Virus record (IMG/VR): IMGVR_UViG_3300005325_000019
Span: 1-26,544 of that record
DNA from: a virus
Lineage: Duplodnaviria; Caudoviricetes
Reading direction: 5' to 3' (one strand)
DNA: 26,544 nt
Part shown: piece by piece, positions 23,428 through 26,544 of the stretch
Layout of the letters: each line of letters starts with the position of its first letter
Numbering within the stretch: the stretch's first letter is position 1
Made by a program: the position numbers and the translations under genes
The notes under the pieces: generated by a model
Told to the model about the DNA's origin: nothing
What the model saw: the letters and a program-made list of their open reading frames with translations, nothing else
Database searches by the model: none

Positions 23428-25053
23428 ATGGCTTTTGAGCTGCTGGACGCATTATTGGCGGTCCTGGCCGGGGACGAAAGAGTTTCCAGTCTGGTAGATG
23501 CCAATATCTGCAAGTTTCTGCCGCTGGAGAAGTGCGAAGCGTTGCTCAAATCGAGCAATCGCAGCATGATGTCCTGCGAGCTGCAGGATTGGGACGGACG
23601 GAACAGCTCCACTGAGCCTGTTTTCGTGGTGGACATCCGGAGCCGCCAGGGAGACGATAGAGGAGCTGAACACTGCTCGGAGATAGTGTCTGCCGTCACA
23701 CAGCTGCTGCGAGACGGCTTTGGCAGCGTACAGGTCAGCAAAATCCTCGGAACGGTGAGGTATGATAAGACTCTGGTGGGCCACCGCTGCCGCCTGGCGA
23801 TCCACGGCCATATCCCGCCTGCCATCTCGCTCTCTCTGGCCGCTAGTCCAGTCAGTCCTCAAGCGGCAGGATCGACCATAGTTTTTGTGGCCACCGCCAG
23901 CCCAGCCGAGGGCCTGGAATACCGCTTCCTGCTACTGGGTCCGGGGACTGGTTCCGTGTGGCGTGATCTGTCCGGCTGGATCTCTCGCAATTCCTTCTCC
24001 TGGAGGCCGGAGGCGGCAGACGCGGGCAGCTCCACCATAAAGGTTGAAGTGCGATCCGGCAAGAGCCTGCCGGATGCAGTGGCCAGCATCGGCTATGCAA
24101 TTACCGCCGAAAGCTCCAATGAGCTGCCGGTCATAAGCTCGCTTTCCAGCTCGCTCGCCAGCCCCAGGGGCCAGGGCACAAAGATCGAGTTCATCTGCCA
24201 GGCTACAGACGCAGACGGCGATCCGATCTACTACCGCTTCCTTCTGTCAGGCCCCGGAACTGCCAATAAGAAGAAGCTGGTGCAGGACTGGAGCCAGAGG
24301 AATGCCTGGAGCTGGCAGCCCGCCAGGGAAGACATAGGCTCCAGCACCATCGAGGTTCAGATACGAGACGGCCAGCATGCTGGGATAGGATCTTATGACG
24401 ACTGCAAGAGCCTGGCCTTCGTGGTGTCCGTGAACTCGATACCTGAGATCATTAGCCTGTACTGCAATGAATCCGGCACTCACTATGTGGGTGATAAAGT
24501 CCACATCGTGGCCGATGCATCAGACCCGGACGGAGACAAACTGCTCTTCCGCTTCTGGATACACCGGGGGAGCGTTGGGTCTGTATGGGAGCTGCTCACC
24601 GGATGGCAGGAGAAGAACTGGATTTTATTCGAGCTTGATGAGACCGATTATGAAACCGTGAGTTTCAAGGTGCAGCTTCGAGACGGGAAGCACGCGGGGG
24701 AAGAGTCCTATGATGCTGAAAAGACTCTCGCCATGACCGTTTCCCGTGCCGGCCTGACCTCCATTACGCCCTCCCTCTCCAGCCCGCAGGCCCATGAGAA
24801 TACCATTGTCTTTACGGCTGCCGCCAACAAGACGGCGGGCATCTACTATCGCTTCTGGCAGAAAGGCCCGGGCACGGGCAATGTCTGGCGTGACTGGACC
24901 GGCTGGCAGCAGAAGAACTCATGGAGCTGGAGGACTCTGGCCTGTGACGTTGGGTCCAATCAGGTGAAGGTGCAGGTATGCGATGATCCCGATTCCTGGA
25001 ATGACGGGGATACAACCGGCAGGCAGACCACGCTTAATTACACGGTCTCATGA
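23428..25053 (+). CDS. Tail-completion-like N-domain fused to four Ig-like (Y_Y_Y-like) repeats
   Basis: About 130-aa N-domain, then four units SPQ..G..I.F.A.A...YRF...GPGT...W....W...N.W.W...D.G...I.V.VRDG. Confidence 0.7.
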   Translation: MAFELLDALLAVLAGDERVSSLVDANICKFLPLEKCEALLKSSNRSMMSCELQDWDGRNSSTEPVFVVDIRSRQGDDRGAEHCSEIVSAVTQLLRDGFGSVQVSKILGTVRYDKTLVGHRCRLAIHGHIPPAISLSLAASPVSPQAAGSTIVFVATASPAEGLEYRFLLLGPGTGSVWRDLSGWISRNSFSWRPEAADAGSSTIKVEVRSGKSLPDAVASIGYAITAESSNELPVISSLSSSLASPRGQGTKIEFICQATDADGDPIYYRFLLSGPGTANKKKLVQDWSQRNAWSWQPAREDIGSSTIEVQIRDGQHAGIGSYDDCKSLAFVVSVNSIPEIISLYCNESGTHYVGDKVHIVADASDPDGDKLLFRFWIHRGSVGSVWELLTGWQEKNWILFELDETDYETVSFKVQLRDGKHAGEESYDAEKTLAMTVSRAGLTSITPSLSSPQAHENTIVFTAAANKTAGIYYRFWQKGPGTGNVWRDWTGWQQKNSWSWRTLACDVGSNQVKVQVCDDPDSWNDGDTTGRQTTLNYTVS

Positions 25054-26309
25054 CTTTCTGGATTGGCAAGCTCAACGCCTGGGATGGCGGCAACACAGAC
25101 GGCCTGAACTGCAAAGGCTACTCCGGCGTGGGGTCTGATGGGGAATATCTCTATTACAGCCCGTTTTTCGATGGCAGCGTCCATCATGGCCGGGTGCTCC
25201 GCCAGAAGATCTATGCGCCCTTCAAACTGGCTTCGAGCTGGGAAGCCTACGATGCCGGAGCCGCCGATGGCCTGACTGCCAAAGGCTTTTGGGGCAACCC
25301 GATATTTGATGGCCGCCTCCTGTATTTCGTGCCGTACAACAGCGGCTCCCCGTCCGGGATCGTGCTTTGTCATGACCCCTCGAAACCTTTCAAATCTTCG
25401 GGCTCGTGGCTGGCATACGACGCCGGCAGCACTGGCGGCCTGACCACAAAGGGCTTTCTTGGTGCCGTTTTTGACGGGCAGTTCATCTATTTTGTGCCTT
25501 ACTACAACGGAGCCTATAATGGCATCTTTTTAAGGTACGATACCACCAGGCCCTTCAAAGCATCCAGCTCCTGGGAGGCATACGATGCAGGCTCCATTGC
25601 CAAAGGCTTTTGCGGCGCTGTGGTGGATGAGGATTTTATCTACTTCTCGCCTTACAAAAATGCTACAGGCGATCACGGAAATATCCTGCGCCTTGATCGG
25701 AGGCTACCGTTTAAGTCATCATCGGCCTGGGCGTCCTTTGCCGCAACGGCGGTACACGCCAACTGCAAAGGATTCGGCTCGCCTGCGATCGATGGCATAT
25801 TCGTATATTTCCCGAACTATTCCCGAAACCTAATCTTGAGATACGACACGACAAAGCCCTTTGCTGCGGCTTCGTCGTATGAATACTTCGACCTGGCCGC
25901 CATTGACCCATTTCCAGAAATCCATGATTGCTGCTTCACCTACGATCATTACGTAGTCTTCTCGCCCTACAGGTTCAGTATGCTTGCTTACGACCGGGAT
26001 TTGCCCTTCGGCGATCCGGGAGCCTGGGCCTTCCTGGACTGCGGCCATGCGGATGGTCTTGATGCTTGGGGAAATCTGGGCGTTCATGCCGATCCCAACT
26101 ACTTTTACTTTGCACCTTTCAGGCGCTACGATGGTCCAGGCTACTACCACGGCACGGTTCTAAGGGCGAGAATCAATCCCTGCCCCAGCCAAACGCTGCC
26201 AATGCCGGGCAGCGAGGACCTATCCAAATATGCAGAGGACGATCTGGCTGCCAGGATCTCCAAATCCTCCTCAAGGGCCACGGCAAGGCACAATCTAGAA
26301 ATCGAGTGA
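25050..26309 (+). CDS. Repeat beta-propeller-like protein (putative receptor binding), possibly C-terminally truncated
   Basis: About seven units GF.G..FDG..IYF.PY...G..LRYDT..PF...SSW..YDAG; ATGA overlap. Confidence 0.75.
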   Translation: MTFWIGKLNAWDGGNTDGLNCKGYSGVGSDGEYLYYSPFFDGSVHHGRVLRQKIYAPFKLASSWEAYDAGAADGLTAKGFWGNPIFDGRLLYFVPYNSGSPSGIVLCHDPSKPFKSSGSWLAYDAGSTGGLTTKGFLGAVFDGQFIYFVPYYNGAYNGIFLRYDTTRPFKASSSWEAYDAGSIAKGFCGAVVDEDFIYFSPYKNATGDHGNILRLDRRLPFKSSSAWASFAATAVHANCKGFGSPAIDGIFVYFPNYSRNLILRYDTTKPFAAASSYEYFDLAAIDPFPEIHDCCFTYDHYVVFSPYRFSMLAYDRDLPFGDPGAWAFLDCGHADGLDAWGNLGVHADPNYFYFAPFRRYDGPGYYHGTVLRARINPCPSQTLPMPGSEDLSKYAEDDLAARISKSSSRATARHNLEIE

Positions 26310-26544
26310 TTTCTCGATTCTTCCAAGGCCATCATGATGCTCATTTGACTGTTACCTGTGATGTTTAAAGCAATTACCACTCACATCATAAAATTGATGC
26401 GTATAGTCCATAAAATTCGCAAATAAATTGTGAAATTTTTAAAAATAATTTTAAAATTTTATATATTTGTTGAAAGCTTACGCCACATATATTTTAAAAT
26501 AGAATACAAATAATCAACCCCTATTTCCAGTCCATGAAAGGAAT

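Larger units (their letters stand above)
637..26309. mobile_element. Provirus (Caudoviricetes-type head module); boundaries not defined
   Basis: Terminase, portal, prohead protease, scaffold, major capsid, adaptor and holin in canonical order, plus a tyrosine recombinase and small early genes. No att repeats found. Confidence 0.85.

Overview
Most of this window is an integrated tailed-virus (Caudoviricetes-type) provirus. The host is probably a methanogenic archaeon: TATA-like promoters, GGAGGT/GGTGAGG Shine-Dalgarno motifs and protein style suggest Methanothrix-like, which is inference only. From left to right: the 3' end of an IS200/IS605 tnpB element; four 19-bp palindromes; small early genes; a catalytic-domain-only tyrosine recombinase; a Trypco1 + trypsin-NB-ARC-TPR (NLR-like) gene pair bracketed by two 28-bp dif-like sites; then a morphogenesis operon. 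That operon holds an HTH/terminase small subunit, a terminase large subunit split by an in-frame TGA, portal, a 1046-aa polyprotein, scaffold, decoration protein, major capsid, adaptor, holin and several adhesin-like proteins. The first standout is the polyprotein between portal and scaffold. It fuses nucleotidyltransferase-like, ATP-dependent DNA ligase, UDG-like and LigD phosphoesterase-like domains to the XkdF-type prohead protease, with a hydrophobic-x-Lys motif at each domain junction, suggesting a virion-packaged, self-processing DNA repair kit. The second is a possible recombinase-mobilised defence cassette. Domain calls come from motifs recognised by eye, not from database searches. 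No att sites, tRNA, tail tube or tape measure gene were found.
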